Positions 9,656-17,937 of a stretch of 64,000 bases of DNA are shown here, in pieces. Source of the DNA: an uncultured Akkermansia sp. Lineage in GTDB: Bacteria; Verrucomicrobiota; Verrucomicrobiia; Verrucomicrobiales; Akkermansiaceae. The first letter of the stretch is position 1; each line of letters starts with the position of its first letter. The stretch covers positions 4,309 to 68,308 of the forward strand of contig CANQGG010000005.1 of NCBI GenBank assembly GCA_947601655.1, read 5' to 3'. Made by a program: the position numbers and the translations under genes. The notes under the pieces are model-generated. The model had not been told where the DNA came from. It ran no database searches and saw nothing but the letters and a program-made list of their open reading frames with translations.

Positions 9656-10681
9656 TCACTCACTCTTCGTCTTCTGCGTCTCCCTGGGCTTCAGGGGTTC
9701 CGCGTGGAAAGGCTGAGGAGCCGTCGTTTTGTTCTTGGGATCCATTGCTGCCAAAAGCTCAGGCGTGACATTAAACGTAAAGGTCCCACTGCGCGCTTGC
9801 CCGGATGCGTCCAAAATGTGATCGAACACACAAACAGGTTGTTTGCCTTGCTCCTCCGGCATCACAAACAGCCCGATTCCCATTCCTGGTTTCTCAGAAT
9901 TGAAAGCGCTATCCTTGATGATGTAGGAAATCGTGTTGCTTCCACGCTTGAGACCTCCGCTTATTGTATCCGCGCGGCGTTCATTGTCGAATTCATGGAT
10001 AGACACTCCGTTGATACGCATCTCAATAGCCCGTCCCGGGCAGTCCACAAATACCTTGCCAATGAGCTCCGGCTTCGAACAGGCAGGGGGTACGGCCGGA
10101 ACTGCACGGTAAGGATGAAACCCATCCTGCTCACGCAGAACAGCGAGATCCCGTGCCTCAAGCCGCTTCAAGACGGCCGGCAGTTTACTAAGGTCAAAGA
10201 AACGCGTTTGGTCAAGCTTCCATTTTTCCCCCTCCTGAACCAGCTCAATGACAAATGCATTCTGGTGCGCGGCAGTTTTGTTGCCCAGCTGCAGCTTGCC
10301 GACGTACGTGGCAGCCAGGGTACGCCCCCCGGCGCTGCCGAGCGCCCCTACATAGCGGAAATTCTCCAAAGGGGGAGCGCTCTGTGCACTACGGAAAAAA
10401 TCACGCGGAAAATTCCCACGCTCCGAGATGACAAGATTATGCACTTTCACCTGCCGGGAAGACGCCGTGCAGGACCGCCAACCGGATTCGTCGCCTCTCT
10501 GCACACTCAATCGCCATGTGTTGTACACGGTCTCCACCAGATCACGTGCCTTCTCCTGGTCCGGAGTGAGAAGAGGAGCCACCTGGGGAGCCTGAGAGGG
10601 CTTCGTGGCGACTGGCTGCTGTCCCTCCAGGAGTGACGTTGTTACAAAACCCATTGCCAGAAAGAAAAATAATATCCTCAT
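9656..10681 (-). CDS. Exported hypothetical protein, first gene of the trmB-tgt-yajC-aroE operon
   Basis: 341-aa ORF with N-terminal signal peptide; promoter TTGCCA-17-TATGTT at 10722-10694. Confidence 0.7.
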   Translation of the reverse strand: MRILFFFLAMGFVTTSLLEGQQPVATKPSQAPQVAPLLTPDQEKARDLVETVYNTWRLSVQRGDESGWRSCTASSRQVKVHNLVISERGNFPRDFFRSAQSAPPLENFRYVGALGSAGGRTLAATYVGKLQLGNKTAAHQNAFVIELVQEGEKWKLDQTRFFDLSKLPAVLKRLEARDLAVLREQDGFHPYRAVPAVPPACSKPELIGKVFVDCPGRAIEMRINGVSIHEFDNERRADTISGGLKRGSNTISYIIKDSAFNSEKPGMGIGLFVMPEEQGKQPVCVFDHILDASGQARSGTFTFNVTPELLAAMDPKNKTTAPQPFHAEPLKPRETQKTKSE

Positions 10682-10747
10682 AAACCCGCCTCAAACATAC
10701 ATCAGGCTTGCCTTTTTGGCAAGAAAATTGCATACTCGACCTGAGGT

Positions 10748-11632
10748 ATGACGCCTTTTGCAGGAAATCAGCAGAAGAACGATGACAGTCAACTCGAACA
10801 GAGTTTGCTGCAGCGTGCGTGTCCGATCGTCTGGAAACGTTTTGCTGATGGACAGGAGCTGCGTGCTTTTTTTTTCACGCCGGCCGAACATTCAGCCGCG
10901 GACAGTTCCCCCGGCGTGCTTTTCTACCCGGGCGGCATGTGGTGCAGAAATCTCATTGATCAGCTTATTCCATGGGCTTTACAACTTGCAGACCGCGGTA
11001 TCCCCTGCCTCGTCCCCGAATTGCGCATCCGGGATACCTACGAGGTAACTGCCGAGGATATTATGGAAGAAGGATTGCAGGTATGGGAGTGGTGCTACGA
11101 ACAAGCAGAAAATCTTGGACTCAATCCAAGGCGTATCACTGTTGCCGGGGTTGATGCCGGAGGTCTCCTGGCGCTCAACGCGGCAATGCAGCCTGTCGTT
11201 TCCGTCCGCCCATGGTGGCAGTTCTGGCGACAAAATAAACTGCCGAATTCGCCGGTTGCCGTCGCCATTTTTCGCGGAATAGTGGACCCGGAAGCTCCTG
11301 AAGCACGAAGCCTGCATGTTGTGCAAGAGTGTACGAATCCGGCAACGGTGAACCCCTTCGTCCTGCTCCGCAAGCACCTGCCACCCCTCTTCTGCGTACA
11401 TGGTATGGAAGACCCACTGCTGGATTTTGAAGGTGTGGAGTTATTCTGCAAAGAGTGGCGGCGCTTTGGCAATACAGCAGAACTTCTCCCATGCCCGTAC
11501 GCCGACCATACTCTCGCGAACTTTGCAGTGAATCCGGCTCTCTTCGAACACATTATGCTTGCATGGGAGGAGTTCATGGTGAGTCACAGTCTGTGGCCTG
11601 AAGACGCCATCGGGGATATCGCCCTCGACTAA
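10748..11632 (+). CDS. Alpha/beta hydrolase (HSL-like esterase fold) with Asp at the nucleophile elbow
   Basis: FYPGGMW oxyanion region, RITVAGVDAGG elbow, HGMEDPL, ADH. Confidence 0.75.
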   Translation: MTPFAGNQQKNDDSQLEQSLLQRACPIVWKRFADGQELRAFFFTPAEHSAADSSPGVLFYPGGMWCRNLIDQLIPWALQLADRGIPCLVPELRIRDTYEVTAEDIMEEGLQVWEWCYEQAENLGLNPRRITVAGVDAGGLLALNAAMQPVVSVRPWWQFWRQNKLPNSPVAVAIFRGIVDPEAPEARSLHVVQECTNPATVNPFVLLRKHLPPLFCVHGMEDPLLDFEGVELFCKEWRRFGNTAELLPCPYADHTLANFAVNPALFEHIMLAWEEFMVSHSLWPEDAIGDIALD

Positions 11633-11703
11633 CTCCCTCAAACGTACTATCTTGCACAATGCACCCCTCTTTTCTCTCCTGAATGACCTAACTCACTTGG
11701 GAC

Positions 11704-11732
11704 TTGATGCAAGACAAAAAAAAAGGTAGAAT
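11704..11732 (+). promoter_or_regulatory. lpxA promoter (leaderless layout; A9 tract in spacer)
   Basis: TTGATG-17-TAGAAT, 6 nt before the ATG at 11739. Confidence 0.7.
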
Positions 11733-11738
11733 CAGCTC

Positions 11739-12521
11739 ATGGCACAAATCCATCCAACTGCGATTATCGACCCGGGAGCCGAGCTCTCTGAAGATGTTGT
11801 AATCGGTCCCTACTGCGTGGTGGGCGATAAGGTACGGCTTGGCAGCGGGTGCATTCTCCACAGCCATGTGGTTCTCGGCGGGCCATCTACGTTCGGTGCG
11901 CGCAATGAATTTTTCCCCTTTGCAGTGATCGGCTTGAAGACGCAAGACCTCAAGTACAAAGGCGAACCTACCTTCCTGGAAGTTGGGGACGACAATGTCT
12001 TCCGCGAGAATTGCAACATCAATCGCTCCACAACGCCTGAGACTAAAACCGTCATCGGCAACAATAATCTCTTCCTTATCAATTCTCACTGCGGTCACGA
12101 GTGCGTGGTGGGCAACCACTGCATCTTCTCCGGTTTTGCCGGCGTGGCAGGACACTGCCATATCGGCGATTGGGCCATTGTCGGAGGATTCGCAGCTCTC
12201 CATCAGTTTGTGCGCGTAGGGGAACACGCCATGATCGGCGGTTGCGCCCGTGTTGCTCAAGATGTACCTCCGTACATGATAGTTGAGGGCTTCCCGGCTG
12301 CCGTACGCGCCGTGAACAGCATTGGCCTGCAGCGTCGTGGAATCTCCGAAGACGACATCCGCGCCCTCAAATTCGCTTACAAGAAGATATTCCTTGTCAA
12401 AGGCTCCAACACTCACGACGGTATTCAAACCGTACAAACTGATCCTACGTATGGATCTAATGCTTTCGTACAGAACCTCATCCACTTTCTCAATGAATCA
12501 GAACGCGGTTATCTCCACTAA
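11739..12521 (+). CDS. lpxA: UDP-N-acetylglucosamine O-acyltransferase
   Basis: IHPTAII hexapeptide repeats, QDLKYKGE, IGNNNL, HCGHEC, HQFVRVGEHAMIGG, AQDVPPY. Confidence 0.95.
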   Translation: MAQIHPTAIIDPGAELSEDVVIGPYCVVGDKVRLGSGCILHSHVVLGGPSTFGARNEFFPFAVIGLKTQDLKYKGEPTFLEVGDDNVFRENCNINRSTTPETKTVIGNNNLFLINSHCGHECVVGNHCIFSGFAGVAGHCHIGDWAIVGGFAALHQFVRVGEHAMIGGCARVAQDVPPYMIVEGFPAAVRAVNSIGLQRRGISEDDIRALKFAYKKIFLVKGSNTHDGIQTVQTDPTYGSNAFVQNLIHFLNESERGYLH

Positions 12522-13192
12522 TGGAACGAGGCATCATCTTTGACCTGGACGGTACCCTTGTGGATTCACTCCCTGGTATTGCAGAAGGTGTGAACCGCGC
12601 ACTGGATGCATTGGGAAAGCCGAGACGCACGCAAGAAGAGGTGCGTGGCATGATTGGGAGAGGTGCGCGCAATCTCTGCGCACAAGCAATTGGTTACGCG
12701 GATGCAGATGAAGCGCCGGCCAATGAGCTGGAGCCCATGCATGAGGCGTTTCGCCTCTCTTATTCATCCTGCTGGCGTGGAAACTACACGCTTCCCTACC
12801 CCGGCATTCCGGAGATGCTGAGCGTTCTCGCCGGACAAGGAGAAAAACTAGCCGTGCTCTCAAACAAACCGCACCACGTCACCGAGCCCATGGTACGTGA
12901 ACTCTTCCCGGACATTCCTTTTAACCCGATCATGGGATTCACGGGAGATTTTCCCCGCAAACCAGCGCCGGATGCCCTGCTGCATATTGCAAAATTGTGG
13001 AAACTCTCTCCGCAGCAAATCATTCTTGTAGGAGATTCAATTTACGACGCCAACACGGCGATCAACGCGGCTTGCCGTTTTGTCGCCGTTGGCTGGGGAT
13101 ACGCCCGGCAGGACGAACTGCGCACCGCTTCCCCTCTTCCTCCGGCGCAGAAAGCTGAGCAACTTCTCTCTCTGCTTCTTCCGGACAACTAA
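12521..13192 (+). CDS. HAD-family hydrolase (phosphoglycolate phosphatase-like)
   Basis: [24 protein letters not shown]. Confidence 0.85.
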   Translation: MERGIIFDLDGTLVDSLPGIAEGVNRALDALGKPRRTQEEVRGMIGRGARNLCAQAIGYADADEAPANELEPMHEAFRLSYSSCWRGNYTLPYPGIPEMLSVLAGQGEKLAVLSNKPHHVTEPMVRELFPDIPFNPIMGFTGDFPRKPAPDALLHIAKLWKLSPQQIILVGDSIYDANTAINAACRFVAVGWGYARQDELRTASPLPPAQKAEQLLSLLLPDN

Positions 13193-13629
13193 TCACGGTG
13201 ATAGGGGAGCCCGCCCAAAAGCGTGTGTACCCGGTAAATCTGTTCAAGCAACACCACAAGCGCCAGCTCGTGTTGCATCGTATGACGTCCGAAGGATAGC
13301 ACAAGATCGCTTGCAGCCCTGAGTTCGTCGCTGTGGCCTTCTGCAGCTCCAATCATGAAGGCAATGCGCCGCACCGAGTTCAGCTGCCATTCCTTCCACA
13401 AATTCACCAGCTCCCGCGTGCTCATATTCTTCCCTCGTTCGTCCACCGCTATACGTACATACCCCTCACTCGCGCGCAGTAGCCGAGCCGAAACCTCTTT
13501 CGAACATCCGCCTCGCACATACCGCAATTCCGTTTTGCTCAATCCTCGCAAACGCTTCTTGTACAGCTCCACACCCCTGGCAGCATACTCTAGAGACGGC
13601 TTATCCGCAGCTAGCACTAGCACCTCCAT
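13189..13629 (-). CDS. rlmH: 23S rRNA pseudouridine1915 N3-methyltransferase
   Basis: [39 protein letters not shown]...YHR SPOUT motifs. Confidence 0.9.
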   Translation of the reverse strand: MEVLVLAADKPSLEYAARGVELYKKRLRGLSKTELRYVRGGCSKEVSARLLRASEGYVRIAVDERGKNMSTRELVNLWKEWQLNSVRRIAFMIGAAEGHSDELRAASDLVLSFGRHTMQHELALVVLLEQIYRVHTLLGGLPYHRD

Positions 13630-13644
13630 AAGAAGAAAGAAAAA

Positions 13645-13741
13645 GCCACCGAGGGCGCCCCGACAGACACAGACCAAATACCGTTGCTACCTCTCGGTCC
13701 TGGCGGGGTTCTCCGGCTGCACCTCCGGGAGCCCCGGCGGC
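13645..13741 (-). ncRNA. ffs: Signal recognition particle RNA (4.5S)
   Basis: Long closing stem GCCGCCGGGG/CCCTCGGTGGC, helix-8 motif GCCAGG-ACC-GAGA-GGT-AGCA, U-run after; promoter TTGACT-18-CAGAAT at 13777-13748. Confidence 0.85.
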
Positions 13742-13839
13742 ACGCGCATTCTGCCACATTTCCCCACGCCGAGTCAAGCCAAATGTGAAACAGCATCCGG
13801 CAAATCCCGGAAAAGGACGAAACAGCGGAGGATTAAGAA

Positions 13840-14556
13840 TCAGCGGATGAAGTTGGTATAAGAACGAGGAAATTCCTCCACTGCCGGAGAAGCGGCGTAT
13901 GCTTTTATCGCGCGGGCTAAATTCCGCCCCAGCTGGTGCATAATAGCCACCCCTTCTGCATCCTGCATAACCTGTTCAGGACTGTTGCCATGCACCTCGT
14001 TCCAATAGAAGGAAGAAACGACGGGCATTTGATTGATGGTAAGGTGTTTTTGGATGGCATCAATCGTAGCGAGAGAACCGGCCCGGCGGCTCGAAGCAAC
14101 GGCAGCGCCGGGTTTGCCGGCAAAGGCGAAACTACCGGCATAGAAAGCCCGATCCAATGCGCAGAGGAGGCGTCCGGACGGGTGACCGTAATAAACAGGA
14201 GAACCGAAAACAAAGCCATTCGCATTTTTTGCCTTGTCAATAAGTTCATTCACCGGATCATCTTTCCAGATGCAGACTCCTGGATGCCTGCGACAATTGC
14301 CACAGGCAATGCAATCCTGCATTGGCCCTGCTCCAAGATGCAGAATTTCCACTTCTACACCGCTCTTTTCAAGCTCCTCTGCCACGAGGGAAAGAGCTGT
14401 ATAAGTGCATCCCTCGCGATGTGGACTACCATTCACAAGCAAAGCGCGCAAACCCTTCTTGTTATCCGGAGCCTCGTCCCCCAGCACTGCTGCCGCGGCT
14501 AAGGCGCCGCCGAGCAAACTTGCCTGAGCCATAAATGTTCGTCGATCGGTGATCAT
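13840..14556 (-). CDS. Flavodoxin-family / iron-sulfur flavoprotein (NADPH-dependent FMN reductase-like) with twin-arginine leader
   Basis: NGSPHREGCT, CIACGNC-X6-C, GSPVYY, RRAG; N-terminus MITDRRTFMAQ; promoter TTGAAA-17-TATAAG 6 nt upstream of ATG 14556. Confidence 0.8.
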   Translation of the reverse strand: MITDRRTFMAQASLLGGALAAAAVLGDEAPDNKKGLRALLVNGSPHREGCTYTALSLVAEELEKSGVEVEILHLGAGPMQDCIACGNCRRHPGVCIWKDDPVNELIDKAKNANGFVFGSPVYYGHPSGRLLCALDRAFYAGSFAFAGKPGAAVASSRRAGSLATIDAIQKHLTINQMPVVSSFYWNEVHGNSPEQVMQDAEGVAIMHQLGRNLARAIKAYAASPAVEEFPRSYTNFIR

Positions 14557-14914
14557 ACCATTCTTATAGACCATAGACATTACATTTTCAAGTAGAATTA
14601 TACGATTGTAGCCCATCCGTCGCACCCCCCTTACCATTGGAAAAGCGCAGCGGCATCTCCTTGAATAAATGCCTCAAAAGCTTGGCATACCCCATACTGT
14701 CCTCTGTTCCATACCACCCGGTTGCCCGTCCGGAGCGTATAATCATCCGTCAATGTCAGCGTCCACGCGTAGTCCCCTCACATCTCTGAGACTCCATGCG
14801 CTTCCCGCACGGCTGTCCCATCAAAACCAGAGCTTTTTAATAACCTGAAGCTCCTTGTGACCAATTTTTCACCTTCCTTTCTCTTTCTCGCCGCAAGGCG
14901 TTCTCTCGTTACTC

Positions 14915-15031
14915 AACAGTTGAACGACAATCTGCATAAAGCAACTCCATTTTTGAGGCATCAAGCTTTCAGAAAATCCTCTTTCTCTGTTTTTAGCCTC
15001 CCTTCGGTGACTTTATTTTTGAGGCATTGCG
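14915..15031 (+). repeat. Dispersed intergenic repeat, copy B (left flank of ape-like cluster)
   Basis: 84-bp core 14948-15031 is 73/84 identical to 30130-30213; 14915-14940 is 22/26 identical to 30045-30070. Confidence 0.9.
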
Positions 15032-15058
15032 CATCTTATCGCATGGCAACAAAAGTAC

Positions 15059-15087
15059 TTGTTTATAAGACATAAATTCGGTATACT
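15059..15087 (+). promoter_or_regulatory. Promoter of the first ape-like operon
   Basis: TTGTTT-17-TATACT. Confidence 0.6.
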
Positions 15088-15174
15088 ATGGCAGATAGCT
15101 TGGGCACGGTCTGCGCTCGGTCGAGTCAGGGCTCACTCCACTTGTTTCGGTTTTGTTCATTAAGGCAGGGTATC

Positions 15175-16317
15175 ATGAAATCCGTTATCATCGAGGACGT
15201 GCAAATGGTGTGTCACGTGGGCGACACGCCGACCCATGTACTTGAAGTCCTGCAAAGCGGAAAAATACCGACCATGGATACCGAGGTAGTGGGAGGGCGC
15301 AATGTTCCGGTAGCCCATGTCCACACACCGCTACCCACCCCGAAGAATCCCATCTTTGCCACTCGTACCAATGCATTGGTGCAATACTGCGCGGAACGCT
15401 TGTCCACCACCCACCTGAATGTTGCTCCGGAGAGAATTGGTGTGGTGCTGGGCAGCAGCAACGCCGGAATTGAAGAATTCCACTCCGCCTACCGGAACGG
15501 CCCCTTGGCAGAAGAAGACTGGCAGCGCCTAGAACCCGGCAATGTTTCTGCCTGCGTGGCAGAATTCCTAGGAGCCAAGGGACCAGTGTACACCATCAGC
15601 ACGGCCTGCTCCTCTGCCGGAAAGGCATTAGCGGCGGCGGCCCGTTTACTAAAAGCCGGCGTATGCGATGTCGTGATAGCCGGCGGGGGAGATGCCTTGT
15701 GCCGCTTTGCATTGGAAGGCTTCCATGCTCTGCAACTTATCGACACCAAGCCGTGTGAACCGTTCATGCTCAACGGAGGAAGAATCAATCACGGAGAGGG
15801 GGCCGCTCTTTTCGTACTGACCTGCCGTCCTGCGCGGCGGGGAGACATCGTTCTGAGCGGCTATGGAGAAACAGCCGATGCGCACCACACAACCACCCCG
15901 GAGCCTGGTGGCGCCCAAGCTGCACGAGCGATGCAACTGGCCCTCCATATGGCCGGCAAGCAACCGGCAGATGTCGATTATATCAACATGCACGGCACTG
16001 GTACCGATGCCAACGACACCATGGAGCTGAATGCTCTTACCGCCGTGTTCGGAACGGCATGCCCTCCATGCAGCAGCACTAAACCTTTCACCGGGCACTG
16101 CCTGGGAGCGGCAGGTGCTGTGGAAGCCGCCGTATGTGTAGCCTTGTTACAGGCCGATACTGACCAATTGCCGAGAGTGGCCCCTTCTTCCATCCCCGGC
16201 GGTTACGAGGCCATCAACTTTTTTTCAAATGCCGGACGTCCTGTGCGCTGTTGCATGAGCAACTCTTTTGCCTTCGGCGGCAACAATGTATCTCTCCTTC
16301 TGACCCGCCATGACTGA
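15175..16317 (+). CDS. Beta-ketoacyl-ACP synthase (ApeO-like)
   Basis: Cys-His-His triad: ISTACSS, NMHGTGT, KPFTGHCLGAAG; SNSFAFGGNN. Confidence 0.88.
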   Translation: MKSVIIEDVQMVCHVGDTPTHVLEVLQSGKIPTMDTEVVGGRNVPVAHVHTPLPTPKNPIFATRTNALVQYCAERLSTTHLNVAPERIGVVLGSSNAGIEEFHSAYRNGPLAEEDWQRLEPGNVSACVAEFLGAKGPVYTISTACSSAGKALAAAARLLKAGVCDVVIAGGGDALCRFALEGFHALQLIDTKPCEPFMLNGGRINHGEGAALFVLTCRPARRGDIVLSGYGETADAHHTTTPEPGGAQAARAMQLALHMAGKQPADVDYINMHGTGTDANDTMELNALTAVFGTACPPCSSTKPFTGHCLGAAGAVEAAVCVALLQADTDQLPRVAPSSIPGGYEAINFFSNAGRPVRCCMSNSFAFGGNNVSLLLTRHD

Positions 16318-16747
16318 CCTTCCTCCTCCGGAGAAACTGCTTCCGCACCGTGGCAACATGCTACTGGTGAAAAGCTTGGAATATGCAGACCTGAAAAACA
16401 TGCGCAGTACTGCCCTAGCAGAGCTGGGGAAAGACTGCCTGTTTTACGATCGTGGCAGAAATGGCTTACCCTCGGAAATTAGTATTGAAATCATGGCTCA
16501 GGGCGCCGGGTTGCTGTACGGCTACCGCGAATATTTGCAGGGCAAATCAGGAGGAGAATGTGCCATGATTCTCTCCATCAAGAGATACGAGATTTTCTGC
16601 GACACCATCCCTACGGATACACCGCTACGTACCACCAACGAAATCACCTCGGAGGAATACCCCATCAGCGTATGCGACTGCGAGCTTCATCTCGCGGAGA
16701 GCAATATCCTGCTTGCCCACGCAGAAATAACCGCTTACAAACCCTGA
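16310..16747 (+). CDS. Hotdog-fold 3-hydroxyacyl-ACP dehydratase subunit (ApeP-like)
   Basis: LLPHRGNMLLV, IEIMAQ. Confidence 0.8.
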   Translation: MTDLPPPEKLLPHRGNMLLVKSLEYADLKNMRSTALAELGKDCLFYDRGRNGLPSEISIEIMAQGAGLLYGYREYLQGKSGGECAMILSIKRYEIFCDTIPTDTPLRTTNEITSEEYPISVCDCELHLAESNILLAHAEITAYKP

Positions 16748-16759
16748 CCCACACCCGAA

Positions 16760-17185
16760 ATGCTTTCTATCACAGTAGAACACACTGTTGCATTTCATGA
16801 GCTGGACCCCATGAACGTGGTCTGGCACGGCAACTATGTCAATTTCTTTGAACTGGCGCGCGCGGCTCTGCTCAATAAGATAGGATTGAGTTACACGACG
16901 ATGTACAGCCTCGGCTACATCTGGCCGGTTGTGAAACTGCAATGCAAATACATACGCCCCGCACACTTGGGCCAACGGCTGACCATACAAGCTCGTATTA
17001 CAGACTACCGTGACACACTCACCATGAAATTTTCTATACACGATGCCGCGAGCGGAGAGCTCATCACCAAAGGAGAAACCATGCAAATGGCTGTATGCCG
17101 GGACACGGGAGAAAGTACGCTTGTCTCCCCCGACTGCATGGTGGAAATTATAGAAAAATACCTCCATACAGCCACGCCTGCATGA
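16760..17185 (+). CDS. Acyl-CoA thioesterase, YbgC/FadM family (ApeK-like)
   Basis: FHELDPMNVVWHGNYVNFFELAR. Confidence 0.85.
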   Translation: MLSITVEHTVAFHELDPMNVVWHGNYVNFFELARAALLNKIGLSYTTMYSLGYIWPVVKLQCKYIRPAHLGQRLTIQARITDYRDTLTMKFSIHDAASGELITKGETMQMAVCRDTGESTLVSPDCMVEIIEKYLHTATPA

Positions 17186-17937
17186 ACAGCCCTGCAGCAG
17201 CAGAGTTTCGCCCTTGTATCATCATCCCCTGTTACAACCACGGGAGAGAACTGGCAGGCTTCCTGCCGGATGTCGCCATCCATGCCCTTCCTATTATCAT
17301 TGCAGACGATGGCAGCAAGCCGGAAGAAGCCGCATTGGCTGCGGCGGCTGCCGCAGCCCAAGGCGCTACTTTTCTGCGGAGTGAAGAAAACCTCGGCAAG
17401 TGGGGAGCCATATGCCGCGCGGTAACTTACGCCACTGAGCAGGGCTACACACACGTCTTGCAGTGCGATGCCGACGGACAGCACGAATCGGCGGCCATTC
17501 CCCAATTCTGCCGTCTGGCACAGCGTAATCCAACCGCCCTCATCTGCGGTACCCCTGTGTATGGAGATGACGTTCCTAGAGCACGACTGAAAGGGCGTGG
17601 CGTCTCTAATTTTTTTGCCAAGCTCGAAACTGCCTGGGCATGTAGATTGGACACCATGTGCGGCTTCCGTCTCTATCCACTACAGCAGCTGACGGATATA
17701 TTGCGCAGAAAAAACATCATGTCGGGCATGCCGGGAGACATTGAAATACTGATACACTTCTACTGGAGCGGGTGCCGTATCATCCCTCAGCCGGTGCGCG
17801 TACGCTACCCGAAGGAGGGGCGTTCCAACTTCCGCATGCTGAGGGATAACGTACTCATCTCATGGGCCCACACGAAACTTTGCACGGCCGCACTGCTGCA
17901 CCCGTGGCGGCTGTGGAGAGCCCATAGGCCACGCTAA
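17182..17937 (+). CDS. Family 2 glycosyltransferase (N-terminal half of ApeJ-like)
   Basis: IIIPCYNH, ADDGS, NLGK, QCDADGQH, DTMCGFRLYP; ATGA overlap with thioesterase. Confidence 0.85.
   Translation: MNSPAAAEFRPCIIIPCYNHGRELAGFLPDVAIHALPIIIADDGSKPEEAALAAAAAAAQGATFLRSEENLGKWGAICRAVTYATEQGYTHVLQCDADGQHESAAIPQFCRLAQRNPTALICGTPVYGDDVPRARLKGRGVSNFFAKLETAWACRLDTMCGFRLYPLQQLTDILRRKNIMSGMPGDIEILIHFYWSGCRIIPQPVRVRYPKEGRSNFRMLRDNVLISWAHTKLCTAALLHPWRLWRAHRPR

Noticed and set aside
14948-15031. CACCGAAGG on the - strand of the repeat, resembling a glycine riboswitch
   Set aside because: The other conserved elements (GGAGA, CUCUCAGG) are missing, and the orientation does not put it in a 5' leader of the downstream genes
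14857-15075. Similar small ORFs over repeats B and C (FLRHQAF...LPSVTLFLR)
   Set aside because: The similarity follows from the DNA repeat; copy A has a 1-nt indel and a stop, and the starts differ
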